From Marsupella aquatica (taxonomy: Eukaryota > Plantae > Marchantiophyta): DNA of 64,000 bases. Positions within the stretch are counted from its first letter, which is position 1. Each line of letters begins with the position of its first letter. Shown one piece after another: positions 11,947-23,097 of the stretch. Both the position numbers and the translations under genes were made by a program. The stretch lies in contig OZ316893.1 in assembly GCA_973895155.1 (NCBI GenBank), positions 15,220,645 through 15,284,644 of the forward strand. Reading direction: 5' to 3'. The notes below the pieces were generated by a model, which worked only from the letters and a program-made list of their open reading frames with translations, did no database searches and was not told the DNA's origin.

Positions 11947-14533
11947 AGAGCGCCGGCCCAAAGTCCCCTCTTATTGTCAAGCCGTGCGAGCCCTGCAAGC
12001 GCGCTATGCATGCGATCGATAACTCCATCTTTTTTTGTCGGGGCCCTATTTCCGATTATGGTCCGATAGTAATAGAATCGGAAAGACAGTCGGAAATATT
12101 GCTATGGCTTTTTTGGACGTCGTGTCCGATTCCAATCTGACATTGATGCTATCGGACAAACAATCAAAAAGTAATCGGACAGTTTGAATTTTCAAATTTT
12201 TTGACGGTTACCCTTGCGGATTATCGTGGTTGGTTCCATTGACCATTTTAAAACATGTTGGGGGTGATCTAGTGTGGATCTAATTGGGGTGTGACCCAGT
12301 GGCACTAATTGGGACTAATTTGGTTGTCGGTGCATTTTTTGAGGGGGGCAGGAGCGCGAGCATGGGCGACCAATATTGCCAGAAGAGAGGGAGTTGGCTA
12401 AGAAACAAGGACCACGGGCTCTTTGGATTCACTTGAAGGAGGAGCTGGGTTTGGTAAGGAGATTATTTTAAATGCAATGTCTTAATGGGGTGTTGAAATT
12501 TATTTCTAAAAAGCGTATACTAATTTAGGTGGTTGGTTGGATATATGCAGGGCTCAGACAAGGAGGGTGAGGAGGGTGAGGACTCGGCGGACAAGGGCTT
12601 AGGGCATAGCAATGGGGGATACGGCGAATCTGATTCAGAGTCGTCGGACCCAGAGGAGGGGATTGTGGCCATACCCCCTCCTCGCCGGTCCGATACAGTT
12701 AGGGGTAGTGCTAGGGCTCTTCAGTCGACCCGTCGTGGCCCCATAGCGGATGTTCGTGCGACACATACTAGGACCAGTAGGGGTGGTGCTAGTGGGACCC
12801 CTCACCAGCCTAAAGCCATAGGGGTTGGATCTAGTGGCAGACGTGACTCACGGGCTGCTGGCACAGGTGGTGAGGGTCCCCGGCGCCGGTCACGGGCTAG
12901 TGGCAGAGCTGATATTCGAGGCACTCGGCATGTGTCGCGAGATGAGCGACGTGCTGTTGGTGAGTTTGGCCGATTAGAGCCTCATGGGGAAGGGTGTTCT
13001 AGAGGCTCACAACACTCTGGTGCAGATGGGGGTGGCTCGGGAGGTTCTCGTCACTCAGGCTCGACAGGGGGTGGTGTTAGGGCCCCTGGCCAGTTAGGAG
13101 GGAGTGGTGGTGTTGCTGGTGTCTCTCCCCACTCAAGCCACATTGGGGGCGATGTTACTGCTCCTGGTCAGTCAGGAGGGAGTAGAGCTAGTGTCGGTGG
13201 TGTGTCTCACCACTCAGGCTGCATTGGGGGCGGTGTTAGTGCTCAGGGTCAGTCAGGAGGGAGTAGAGGGAGTAGAGGTAGTGTCAGTGTTGTCTCTCAC
13301 CACTCAGGCCGCACTGGGGGTCGTCGACCTGCCCCTGGCCAGTTAGGAGGGAGTACAGCCGGTGGAGTTGGTGTCTCTCACCCTTAAGCCCAGACTGGGG
13401 GTGCTCATATTGCCCTTGGCCATTCAGGAGGGAGCGGGGGTGGTACATCACGGCAGTCCGTTGGCAACGGGGCTAGTGGGGGTGGTGCAGCTTCCTTTCA
13501 TACTTGCCATGCAAGTGGGGGGAGCGGACCTTCCCATGACTCCCTAGCGTCACATGGTGGTGGTGGTGGTGGCGTGGGTCTAGTGCCTCCTATGACCTCT
13601 ACATAGGGGCCAGATGTTGTGGACCAAGTCACCATGGACAAGCCCCCATTCACCCAAGCTCCCGCCCAGACTAGTATTGTACCCCCACCACCTCGGACTC
13701 ATTCCAAAAAAAGGAAGGGACGACATGCTCCATTTTGACTTAGACTAGCTTAGATAGATAGAGATATACTGCGTAGCCTTAGACTTAGACGAGATTAGGA
13801 GTTGGATGTGCTTACTTTTGTGATCCCAGTACTTGGATCACTCTTGTACATTTTGGGGTATGTTTCCCTTTTGGAGTTTGAGTACCCTTTGTGGCCATAT
13901 ATCCTTCTTGTGTTAATTACTTCTATTGGCATTGTCTTTCAAATAACCTCTTCAACATCTTCAACAAATCCCTCTATGTTGTATTGAATAAATTCCCCCA
14001 AGAACCACCCTCAACCCCAACAAAAAAAATCCCCACAAGAAACCAAATGTTGCAATGAACCTAGGTCTTTCCCGAGTAATCTTCCGATACTTTTCCTATC
14101 GCACCCCTCCATTGCTTCCGAATCCCTCCGTTTCGTATGTTCCGATACCAATTATACGTCAAATTCCCATACCAAACCTATCGGAACATCCGTTTATTTC
14201 ACCACCGCAATGTCCGATGGGACTTTTAACGCAATATCCCTTGAAAATTCATATGGACAATTGTCGGACGACAGATCTTCACCTGGTGCAAGGAGAGGCT
14301 TCTTTCGACTCTTGTGACATCAGACACCTAATGTATCCGATTGGAGGAGATATGCAATGTCCGATAGTATTGGTATCGGGTGGTCCGAAACAGGTCCGAT
14401 GGTCCATATCCGATTCTGGGAGTATCGGACGGAGCGATGCAATTAGGATTGGAAACCTCAAAAATGGCGTCGCATTTTCCCGAAGGCGTCCGATGGTGTA
14501 AATATCGGTAAATGGCCCTAAAATGTACTAGTG
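11947..14533 (+). mobile_element. Nested, left-truncated second CACTA element
   Basis: Right terminus ...GTACTAGTG at 14533 (revcomp CACTAGTAC) cuts the host transposase. Many TCCGA/TCGGA subterminal repeats at 14080-14510 and 12050-12180. No matching left TIR found, so the left boundary is uncertain and could extend to about 10872. Confidence 0.8.
12352..13738 (+). pseudogene. ORF2-like 3' exons of the nested CACTA with Gly/Ser-rich tandem repeats
   Basis: Exon EREHGRPILPEERELAKK...LGL|GTAAG, then ATGCAG|GSDKEGEEG... with repeated HSGxxGGxVxAPGQxGGS units. In-frame TAA at 13385-13387. Confidence 0.55.
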
Positions 14534-17396
14534 ATAGATGTGGTCAGGTTCTTTGTGGTTGCAGCCCCTTCCAGTACTTCACCTATCACCCCTTTCTCCT
14601 CATCTGAATTCCACACCCTGGTCTTCACATGCTCATATTGTGCTATGTATTCGGTCAGAAATCCCAGAGTCTCATCCTTGATGTAACCTTTAGCCATGCT
14701 TGCTTCAGGTTTGTAATATGTTCTCACGTGACCTTTGAGTAGCTTCATGTACCGTTCCAAAGGGTACAACCAACGAGCACTCACAGGCCCAAATTGGTGT
14801 AGCTCTTCCACAACATGGACAAGTAGGTGGGTCATGACATCAAAAAATGCGGGAGGAAAATAAATCTCCAGGTCACACATCACCTGAGCGACATCTTCTA
14901 TCAGTTGCGGGAAGTGTGTTTCATCCCAAACCTTCACACAAATACGACGAAACACATCACTGAGTCGCATGATCACATTACAAACAGGCTTCTGCAACAA
15001 GCCCCTCAGACATAAAGGCAACACCTGTTGCATCAACATATGGTAGTCATGGCTTTTCATACTACCAAGCTTTCTAGTCATGATATGCTTCTTGAAAGCA
15101 CTGCCATAGTTTGAAGGAACCTTCAAAGAACTCAACCTCTGCACAAATAGTTGCCACTATGTGTCTGTCAAAACATAGGGCACTTGGTACTTCAAGAGCA
15201 CATCAGCTCTGTGGGCATGTGGCCTCAACCAAAGATGGGGTTTCATTCCCCTCTGTTCAAGATCCAATCTCACTGAACTAGTGTCTTTCTCTCCACACAA
15301 GAATCTGAGTAGACTCTCACAAATATTCTTCTCAATGTGAATAACATCAATGTTATGTTTGCTTGGCTCAAACTCCTGCATTGTTGCAATGCAAAAGCGT
15401 CAGCAAATGCCTCAAGTTTAGTCTCTCTTCAAAATGAATGCACATGCTCTGAACCAAAACATGTATCCCAATTTGCATCAACTCCAAGAGGCTTACCCTC
15501 CAATACTTGAGCTCCAAGTCCAATATGCTCAGTCTTTTTACACCATATCGCTTTATTGGATCACTCACTCCATCTTCTTTGCCCCCTCGTTTGATATAGT
15601 CATCCCTCAGTGCTCCCCACTGCCTGATCTCCTCTTTGGTCACTCGTGCCGGGGGTCCACGTTGCTCAATCTCATTGCCAAAGTCTGCAATCAGTGCTTG
15701 TCTTTCTCTGTAAGGGTGATATGTCTTCAAAAAACGACGATGGCCCATGTATATCACTTTCTGCAGGGCTCTGGAGTACTCACTGGTGACATTGCGCCCA
15801 TAGATAGTACAAGCACAATATCCTTTTGTTGTTTGGTCTGATATCATCCCATGGGCTAGGTAGTCAGCTACAGTTAGAATGACGATGGCTCTAAGGATGA
15901 ATGGGTTTAACCTCCCAAGCCTCTGTAGGACATCATATGTGAGGACTCCTTCCTCCCAAAGCTTTCTCAATTCCTCCACTAGGGGAGCCAAAAACACATC
16001 TATGTTGGCAGATATAGCACTGTCTGGCCCTGGTATCATTAGGACCATCTGAACAAAAAATCGCTTTGTAGTCATCCAAGGAGGAAGGTTATAATTCAAA
16101 ATAGTTACAGGCCAACACGGAAATTTGTTGTTCTTGTCTCCAAATGGGTTTACCCCATCCAATGACAGCCCAAGTCTGACATTCCTCGGCTCAGCAGAAA
16201 ATTCGGGATACATCTCATCTATGAGTTTCCACTACCTTGAATCTGCAGCATGTCGTTGTAGCCCATTATCACTTTTCTTGTCAGTTGCCCAAGTCATCAT
16301 CTCCAAGATGGCACGGCTTCTGAACATCCGCTGAAGTCTGGGAATGAGTGGAAAATGACGAAGTACCTTGGCGGGAACCATAGACTTTCCTGAGTTCCGA
16401 TACCTGTGCTTCCCACACTTAGGGCATGTCAACGATTCTGCATACTCCTTTCTGAAAAGAACATGCCCATCGGGACAGGCATGGATGGAATCATAGTTCA
16501 ATCCAAGATTAGATATGCATCTTTTTGCCTCGTACATGTTCTTGGGCAAAATATTACCATATGGTAGCATAGTTGTTCGCAAGAATGCCAACAACTCAGA
16601 AACCAAAACGTTGGGGACATTGCACGGTTGCCGCAAATGTTCAGGAACATGATGACAAATCCCAGTTTAGAACATTTGCTACCGGGGTACAAAGACTTCC
16701 TGCCTTCCTGTATTTGCAGGGGAGAGCCAAACATCCCATCATGCCCAGGGGTTTCCTGCCCTATCTCAAACTCATCAAGAGGCTCTTCGACAGGGGGCAC
16801 ACTTGCATCTGCAGCCATATCCTCTTCGTTGTCCAACCCATCGTGAAATGCATCCTAGTCTTGGAAGATGTCTCTCACCATCTCTTCCACATGAATTCCT
16901 TTGTCACGTGGTGTTGCCTGAGCACCATCCCATTGGAGAGCTGACAACCCACAGAGACCAGCTACAACATTTTCAAATGCACCAGGCAGAACCTCACTTG
17001 CCCGTCTTGCAGCATTGGCAGCATCAAATTCTAACCTCCACTCCTTGTTGGAAGAATCTTCCTCTACAGGATCATTCCAAACTCGATGTTGTGGATCTCT
17101 TCCATGAACCGCGATATGCCGCCAAACCTCATTCAGACCCCTGGTACGGGATCCTTGGCAGATTGCACAAGGACATCTCATCCTACTGGCTCCTGAAAGT
17201 CTGGTTCGTAACCTTTCACACTGCCAAAGCTTATTATCATGGCGTGATATCCTTGTGGGATGATGCAAAGGCAGTGCCTATGCCCTAGGCTGGGTCTGGG
17301 GAGGGTGGTGACCAGGGTGCATTGTAACAGGCTGGGAGCTCTGCAGTCATAGACAGCAGTGAACAAGGATGCCTAATGGTGGTATTTGTGTTCCAT
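14534..17396 (-). pseudogene. CACTA TnpD-like transposase (Tnp2/Transposase_21 + DUF4218-like), frameshifted and 3'-truncated
   Basis: RCPCAIC...RHIAVHG; IHACPDGHVLF; CPKCGKHRY; LRHFPLIPRLQRMF; PRNVRLGLSLDGVNPF; NYNLPPW; IDVIHIEKNI; MKSHDYH; FPPAFFDVMTHLLVH; GPVSARWLYPLERYM. Confidence 0.97.
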
Positions 17397-17621
17397 ATAT
17401 CCCTGACTGTATCTGCCAAAAGAGTTAACATAACGTGTACTAAATTCTACCCTAAACCACCTCAAAAGAAAAAAAACAGGTTCGCGAGTAGTGTACCTAT
17501 TGTCAAGTGAATGACACAGAATTCCTAAATGTTGGAGGGTGTCACCACCTCCTCCGCTGTCCTCAAATATACGGCCTCTGCATGTACACCCATGACCATA
17601 TCAGAGTCCAATCATGTTTAG

Positions 17622-18190
17622 TCACAGGCACAGGTGTGAGAGCGGTATCAGATATCTCACCTTATTACCAGGTGAGATATGGTACCAACCCTGTTCTTGA
17701 TGCCACTCAGACCTCAGGTACTCAGGCATGTACATTAAATCATCAAGGTCTAAACCCTGCTCATGCCATGGGGGTCTTGCATCCGTGCCTACAAGCAGTG
17801 GATGCACTGCCCTCCACTGGGGGCAAGTTGCTACCAAGTCCCTCCACCGTGTATTAATTTGTCTATATTTGCAGATATCTTGTGCACAGGACACCACAAG
17901 AACCCTCGGCCAGACATGTGAAAGAACTATATCATCTGCCAAATCAGGCAACAAGGAACCACCTACAACATCGGGCTTGTCTAACTCATCTACTGAAAAG
18001 TAGATGTCCACTTCCGACTATGCATCCTCGTTCACGATAGATTCAGCGTCTCTTGCATCCTCAGGCGGTGCCAAGAAATGTTTTAGCACCAACCCATGCA
18101 AGAGAGTCCTAACTGTGGCTAGCCATATGGCAACTCGGAGGAGGAGCTGTAATAGCGCCTGTTGATCTAGGAAAGGTAACATACCCATCA
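17622..18190 (-). pseudogene. F-box-like cargo ORF with one in-frame TAG
   Basis: LLPDLADDIVLSHVWPRV...ICKYRQINTRWRDLV fits the F-box pattern LP..I...I...L......L..V...WR.LV. The ORFs 18018-18305 and 17622-18011 are in frame across one stop. Confidence 0.6.
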
Positions 18191-18408
18191 AAGTCTGCCG
18201 CCGAGATTTGAGCCCACCCAGTACGTTTACAGTGACACCCCCAGGCAGCAGGAAACAACAATCCGCCAACAGTAAAATAAGCCCAACTGCCACCAACCAT
18301 AACAAGGTACATTAGTTCAAAGATCACATTTATTTCAATGATCTGATTTATACAAAAAAACTTGTGTCCAAATTGATGCTACTACTCCTCACTCTGATGG
18401 GGTATTTA

Positions 18409-18655
18409 CAAACGACAGGAAACAGCAAACAGTAACAGAAAACAGAAACTGGTAACAGGAAAATGAGTGGTAATTTTTTTGAATTTTTTTTAATTCAAAA
18501 GGGTAGCGCCCAAAGCTAGCCAAAAAATGTTGTAACTTAGATTTTTTTGGAAAATGAAACTTTTTAGAAAACATTTTGACATGGTTATTTTTGCTGGTAA
18601 CAGGAAAAATTTTCCTGGTACCAGTAAACCTGTTTCCTGTTTACTGTCACGCGTG
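18409..18655. mobile_element. MITE related to the 32612-32925 element
   Basis: Inverted ends GACAGGAAACAGCAAACAG / CTGTTTCCTGTTTACTGTCACGCGTG around an AT-rich core. Shares GCTAGCCAAAAAAT with the 32.6-kb copy. Confidence 0.7.
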
Positions 18656-19534
18656 CCATACCCACTCTGATTCAGAATCGCTAATGACCCATTCCTCACT
18701 TGTTGTCTCATAGTCCTCTCTGTAAGGATCCTGACCCTTCCGTGGCCAGGCCTCAAAAAGATCATAGTCCATTGGGTTTTGATGCTTCCCAGTTGCTACT
18801 GATTCCACAAACCAAGCATATGAAACCATAAACACATTATGGGACATGACATAAAAGCGAATGTCTCCCTTCCCAAACTTGCCGCAGGCTTTGGGATATG
18901 ACTTAGTAATGACATGAGTGGTGTCCTCTATTATATTCTCCTCCACTGTCCCACCTAGGTCAAGCACTGTGGACTTGTACACTTTGCACTTAACCTCTCC
19001 AATTCCCGCCTCCACAAATACCATGCTCAGCCCTTTCAGAATGGGGGTTGGTTGCTTCGTCTCCTCAGCCAACATACTCTTCAGCCTTGTAGAGCTCTGT
19101 CCTTTGTTGAGTACAGGTCCATATTGGAGATCAGCAAGCCTTGCCTTTGCTTCCCAGACTTCTTGTTCAGCCCAAGCTGATGCAGTAGCTTCTTCATCCT
19201 CCCACAACTCATATTGCTCAGTATCCTGTACAATCTTATGTGCTATGGAATCTGTGATCCAAGAGGCCTCAACTACTTTTAGGCCTTGCTTAGTAATTAC
19301 AGAATTCATGTAGGACCATGACCACTTCTTTATCACTGATAGCCATGTCCCTGCAACAACATGTGTAGTCTCTGGAGTGATGTCCTGAACTACAGTGCCA
19401 TGGAGCTCAGAGAATCGTTTCTGTACAGTTGGCCAATGCACTTTGGTCAACCCATGCTGGCCATGGACCAAAATGGCTCTGACCCCTGTAACCACTGTTG
19501 GGTGGTCACACTTTCTATGTTTCCCAGGCTCCAT
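18647..19534 (-). CDS. Tandem BRCT-domain protein (DNA polymerase lambda-type BRCT), CACTA cargo
   Basis: Open 295-codon frame with two repeats: ...GTVVQDITPETTHVV...VVEASWITDSI...YEL and LKGLSMVFVEAG...LGGTVEENIIEDTTHVI...KFGK...VSYAWFVESVATGKHQNPMDYDL. Splice acceptor 11 nt before the ATG. Confidence 0.85.
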   Translation of the reverse strand: MEPGKHRKCDHPTVVTGVRAILVHGQHGLTKVHWPTVQKRFSELHGTVVQDITPETTHVVAGTWLSVIKKWSWSYMNSVITKQGLKVVEASWITDSIAHKIVQDTEQYELWEDEEATASAWAEQEVWEAKARLADLQYGPVLNKGQSSTRLKSMLAEETKQPTPILKGLSMVFVEAGIGEVKCKVYKSTVLDLGGTVEENIIEDTTHVITKSYPKACGKFGKGDIRFYVMSHNVFMVSYAWFVESVATGKHQNPMDYDLFEAWPRKGQDPYREDYETTSEEWVISDSESEWVWHA

Positions 19535-20126
19535 GTACACACACCCTACGTGATGACAATGAATTTTGGAAGAATGGGTTCACCTGACAATACAAGGACA
19601 ACAAAATTCCTGCTTTTTGAGTTGATCTGGCCCACTGGTGCTCAGGTCTGATTTTGATAGGTACAAGGGATATGTGAACAATACGTACTAGGCACCTGCA
19701 CGGATGCAGGACATTGTTTGAATATATACTACAAAATCCATATCGAAGGTGAAATGAAGTGTAACCAACTTGTCATGGCACATACATATTTTGTTGTAAA
19801 GGAGGATACATTCAATGACAAACTTATAGGGCAATTTGATTAATTGCATGCCTGATAATTTATACGCTTACAACTTAGAAGTCCTATTTTAATTTAGCAG
19901 TCTGATGAAAGTGTTTATGAAAATGACCACTCAGCCTAAATACTTCCAAGAAGGCTTGTAAGGATAAGTTTTTATAGGCATGTACCCAGCCACTGACGCC
20001 AGAGCACAAGATAAGTGCTACCTATATAAACTCGCCTACCCAACTCCTTTTCAAAATTGGAATCTCTGCAATCTCAAAAAATAGTACATCCACATCAGGT
20101 GCACTGTGCATGTACAATGTTCAGCT

Positions 20127-20771
20127 TCACAGCCAAGATATGTGATCTCTCATAGGAGTGCGCGAGGTAGGATCAATGGCATGGCGATGACAATAAAATA
20201 TCCATCGATCAACACCATGTGCAGAGTGATCATAGATTTCTCTATCACAAGCATAACCCTTTGCTTGACGATCTTTCAGGCAATGATAGTGCCACATAGT
20301 GGGACACCTAGCATAGTGGACTATGTCAGTCCAATAGTCATCATCATGCTCACCACATGCCTTGCACCTATGAAGTGGGCAAGCTGTGGCATGAGCAGGC
20401 AAACACTCAAAACAGAAAAATCTCACACAAAAACGGTATGGACATTTCCTAACATTTGCTGCAGCATCAACAGAGCCCTCATAGGACCCCAACTTCCCAC
20501 ATTGTGCACACTTAGCCTGCTTCTCCAAACTATCAGTGCACATCCAGTCTCCCTGGTGTGTTGACGGGAGGCCCACCCCTGGACAGTTGTTTTCTGCAGC
20601 AAGGTCAGACTCCGGGTTGAGGTGGAAATGCCTGATGCAAGGGCCCTCACAAATGACCAGGCCCCTACCATCATCACAAATGGCACAACAATGAGCTGCC
20701 TTTTGGAAAATCTGACTTGTGTTTCTCATCTCTGTCACACGCTTTTTGGCTTGAATTTTAGGTCGTGCCAT
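20127..20771 (-). CDS. EDM2-like composite PHD-finger protein, CACTA cargo
   Basis: CAICDDG...CEGPCIRHFH...C...CAQCGKLGS...CPLHRCKAC...RCPTMWHYHCL...IFYCHRHAID...TPMRDHI follows the EDM2 PHD region motif by motif. TGCAG acceptor 2 nt before the ATG. Confidence 0.85.
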   Translation of the reverse strand: MARPKIQAKKRVTEMRNTSQIFQKAAHCCAICDDGRGLVICEGPCIRHFHLNPESDLAAENNCPGVGLPSTHQGDWMCTDSLEKQAKCAQCGKLGSYEGSVDAAANVRKCPYRFCVRFFCFECLPAHATACPLHRCKACGEHDDDYWTDIVHYARCPTMWHYHCLKDRQAKGYACDREIYDHSAHGVDRWIFYCHRHAIDPTSRTPMRDHISWL

Positions 20772-20782
20772 GCCTGCACATG

Positions 20783-20926
20783 AGATAGACTCTACAATTT
20801 AGCAGACTGCACAAAAAGTAATATATATTTAGCATTTAAGGTACAAAAGCATTTAGATAGACTCTACAATTTAGCAGACTGCACAGAAAGTAAAATATAT
20901 TTAGCATTTAAGGTACAAAGGCTTTT
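20783..20926. repeat. Tandem duplication, 2 x 72 bp
   Basis: AGATAGACTCTACAATTTAGCAGACTGCACA... starts at 20783 and again at 20855. Confidence 0.9.
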
Positions 20927-21498
20927 GCTACTGCAATGAATTGGAATGGCCACACAAGGATGCAGAGCAGACATACTTTTGGTATGTTGAGCCAACACAC
21001 AAAACTGATCCCCTAATACAATTGCTCCACCAACACCTCAATTTTAATTGTGGCTATGATTCACCAAAGGAGATCAGCAACAACATTTCATGCATTTGAA
21101 TCACATACAATAGTCGTGACATGTAAAATAGACATTCTTCAAAGAGGATTGGTATGAAGCAGTGTCATAAGGGTTTAAATTTATACATCCTAAATAGGCT
21201 ATGATAGTGGCTGAGACAAATAAGTGAGGCATAAGTCACATTTTATAGGTTATCACATGGCCCATTAATTCATTGAACGTTGCAATGTTCACCAGGTTAA
21301 AGCAATCATGAAAGTAGTCTTTCAATAGAGACTTTTAAGCGAGTTTGCTAGCCTCTTAAATTAGGATATTTTGCTTAGTGCAGGCATAATAGGATAAGTT
21401 ATGTACTGTTGACCTTAAACCCTGGACCCAAAATTGCTCATACATCAAAAATTTAAGTAAATATCCTCTGTGTTGAAATCAGAGTGTTAAGCTATAGG

Positions 21499-21993
21499 TC
21501 AATGGTATCTGGTCTGTGCATGCGGTGTGACAAGTGGTCCTCTAGAGCATGTGATCCAAACATGTGTAGACACCAAAGTCACCGGTGGTGGGGTCTGGGA
21601 GGGCAGGACAAGTAACATCACCAGGCACACTGCAGGATGGCGAGTGGTTCCAGATGATACATTGTGCTCTGTGCAAAAATCAGCATCCAAGAGAACGGTC
21701 ATCCAATTCTGAGCCAGAAGCCTACAAGCAGGACAGTCATATTGGCAACTATGCACACACCCTTGGCACCTAATTTGTGGCGGGTCATGTACAAGAGACT
21801 GTACAAATACCAAGGATGTCGGGAAGGGTACTGAAGCAGGTAGAGGCCGGCTGTAGTTGTTCCTGGAAACAACTGGGTACTCAAAGTACCATGTAGACTG
21901 GGCTGGAAGGATCCCAAGTCTGACATACTCAAGGCGCAACATCTCTGCCTTGCGTGCGAGCCGCACATGTTCAGCGTTGTGGGTCCTCACCAT
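21499..21993 (-). CDS. Unknown Cys-rich ORF, possible CACTA cargo
   Basis: 164-aa ORF on the same strand as the other cargo, containing CQGCVHSCQYDCPAC. Family not recognised. Confidence 0.35.
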   Translation of the reverse strand: MVRTHNAEHVRLARKAEMLRLEYVRLGILPAQSTWYFEYPVVSRNNYSRPLPASVPFPTSLVFVQSLVHDPPQIRCQGCVHSCQYDCPACRLLAQNWMTVLLDADFCTEHNVSSGTTRHPAVCLVMLLVLPSQTPPPVTLVSTHVWITCSRGPLVTPHAQTRYH

Positions 21994-22506
21994 AAGTGTT
22001 GCTTTTGTTGTGATGTCCTCTGTTCACGTCCTTTGATGAGCAAGGCAAGCAGGAGGTCGACTTGCCTCTCCAACAGCAACCAACCTAAACTAATCAGTTC
22101 CCATTCATTGTCTTGCTTCCAACTACAGGTCATAGTATACACATAGCATGAAACATGCATAGTACATATTTGATTCTGAGTTTATGAGTTTCCTAAGACA
22201 AAGAGCTTGGTGATAAACCCATGATCTCGATGGACATGTATATCAATCATATTAAGATCCTATTTTTTCATCCTGAAAGACCAAAAGTCTCACCTTGCAG
22301 GTTGCACTAGAGAGAAAATTCACTGGCTGTCATGTTGTGCAAGTGAACCTCCACTGATGCCCCCGGTGTAGCCCCTCAGATGCAGGTGACACTTACCAAC
22401 TCCCAAGTTGCCTGGTCTAAAAGAAAATGCTGATATCTTCAGAACTTTATAGAGCAAGTACATGATCACATGGCGTTGGCCCTACCAAACTGTACGTTCA
22501 GAAAGA

Positions 22507-22605
22507 GACTACAATATTCATAAAGAGTCAACTCTACACTTGGTTCATACACATACTTCTGGATATATTCATATTTGGCCTTATGGAACTCTTGCCAACT
22601 ACAAC
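22507..22605 (+). pseudogene. Captured ubiquitin fragments
   Basis: DYNIHKESTLHLV at 22507-22545 (ubiquitin has DYNIQKESTLHLV) and GTLANYN at 22585-22605. Confidence 0.75.
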
Positions 22606-23097
22606 TTACTCCCATTATGCACAAGCTCACATCAACAGAGAAAGATACAGAATGCATACTTACTATGGCTGTAAGCACCTTCACTACCTGTTGAACCCAG
22701 TCCTGAAGTCTTTTCAGCGTGTTTGTTGTGCTGTCTCCTTTGATACCCAACACCTTAGTCCTTGATGTAACAGAATGCGATTTGACAAGTTAGATGCTTT
22801 GGAACCTTCTATGGTCTTAGCTGAATTGATGTCATCGTAAGTGGTGAAAGACAAGGAAGACAAAAGCTGGTTGAAGAGCTGTGGACAACACACTAGCATG
22901 AAGTGCTTCAACCAATCCACTGCCAAACGGAACTCTTACACAGTCACATTCTTTCAGTAAACAGAAACTCAGTCAAACTTCATAATCAAAGTACAGACTC
23001 TGAAGGACCAAAGGAGGATGTTGTGAGTTTCTCTGTTGTTTAATGTGTTACACTTCTAGTTTTGAAGTTAGCAAATGCTGAATAATGTGTCTACCAG

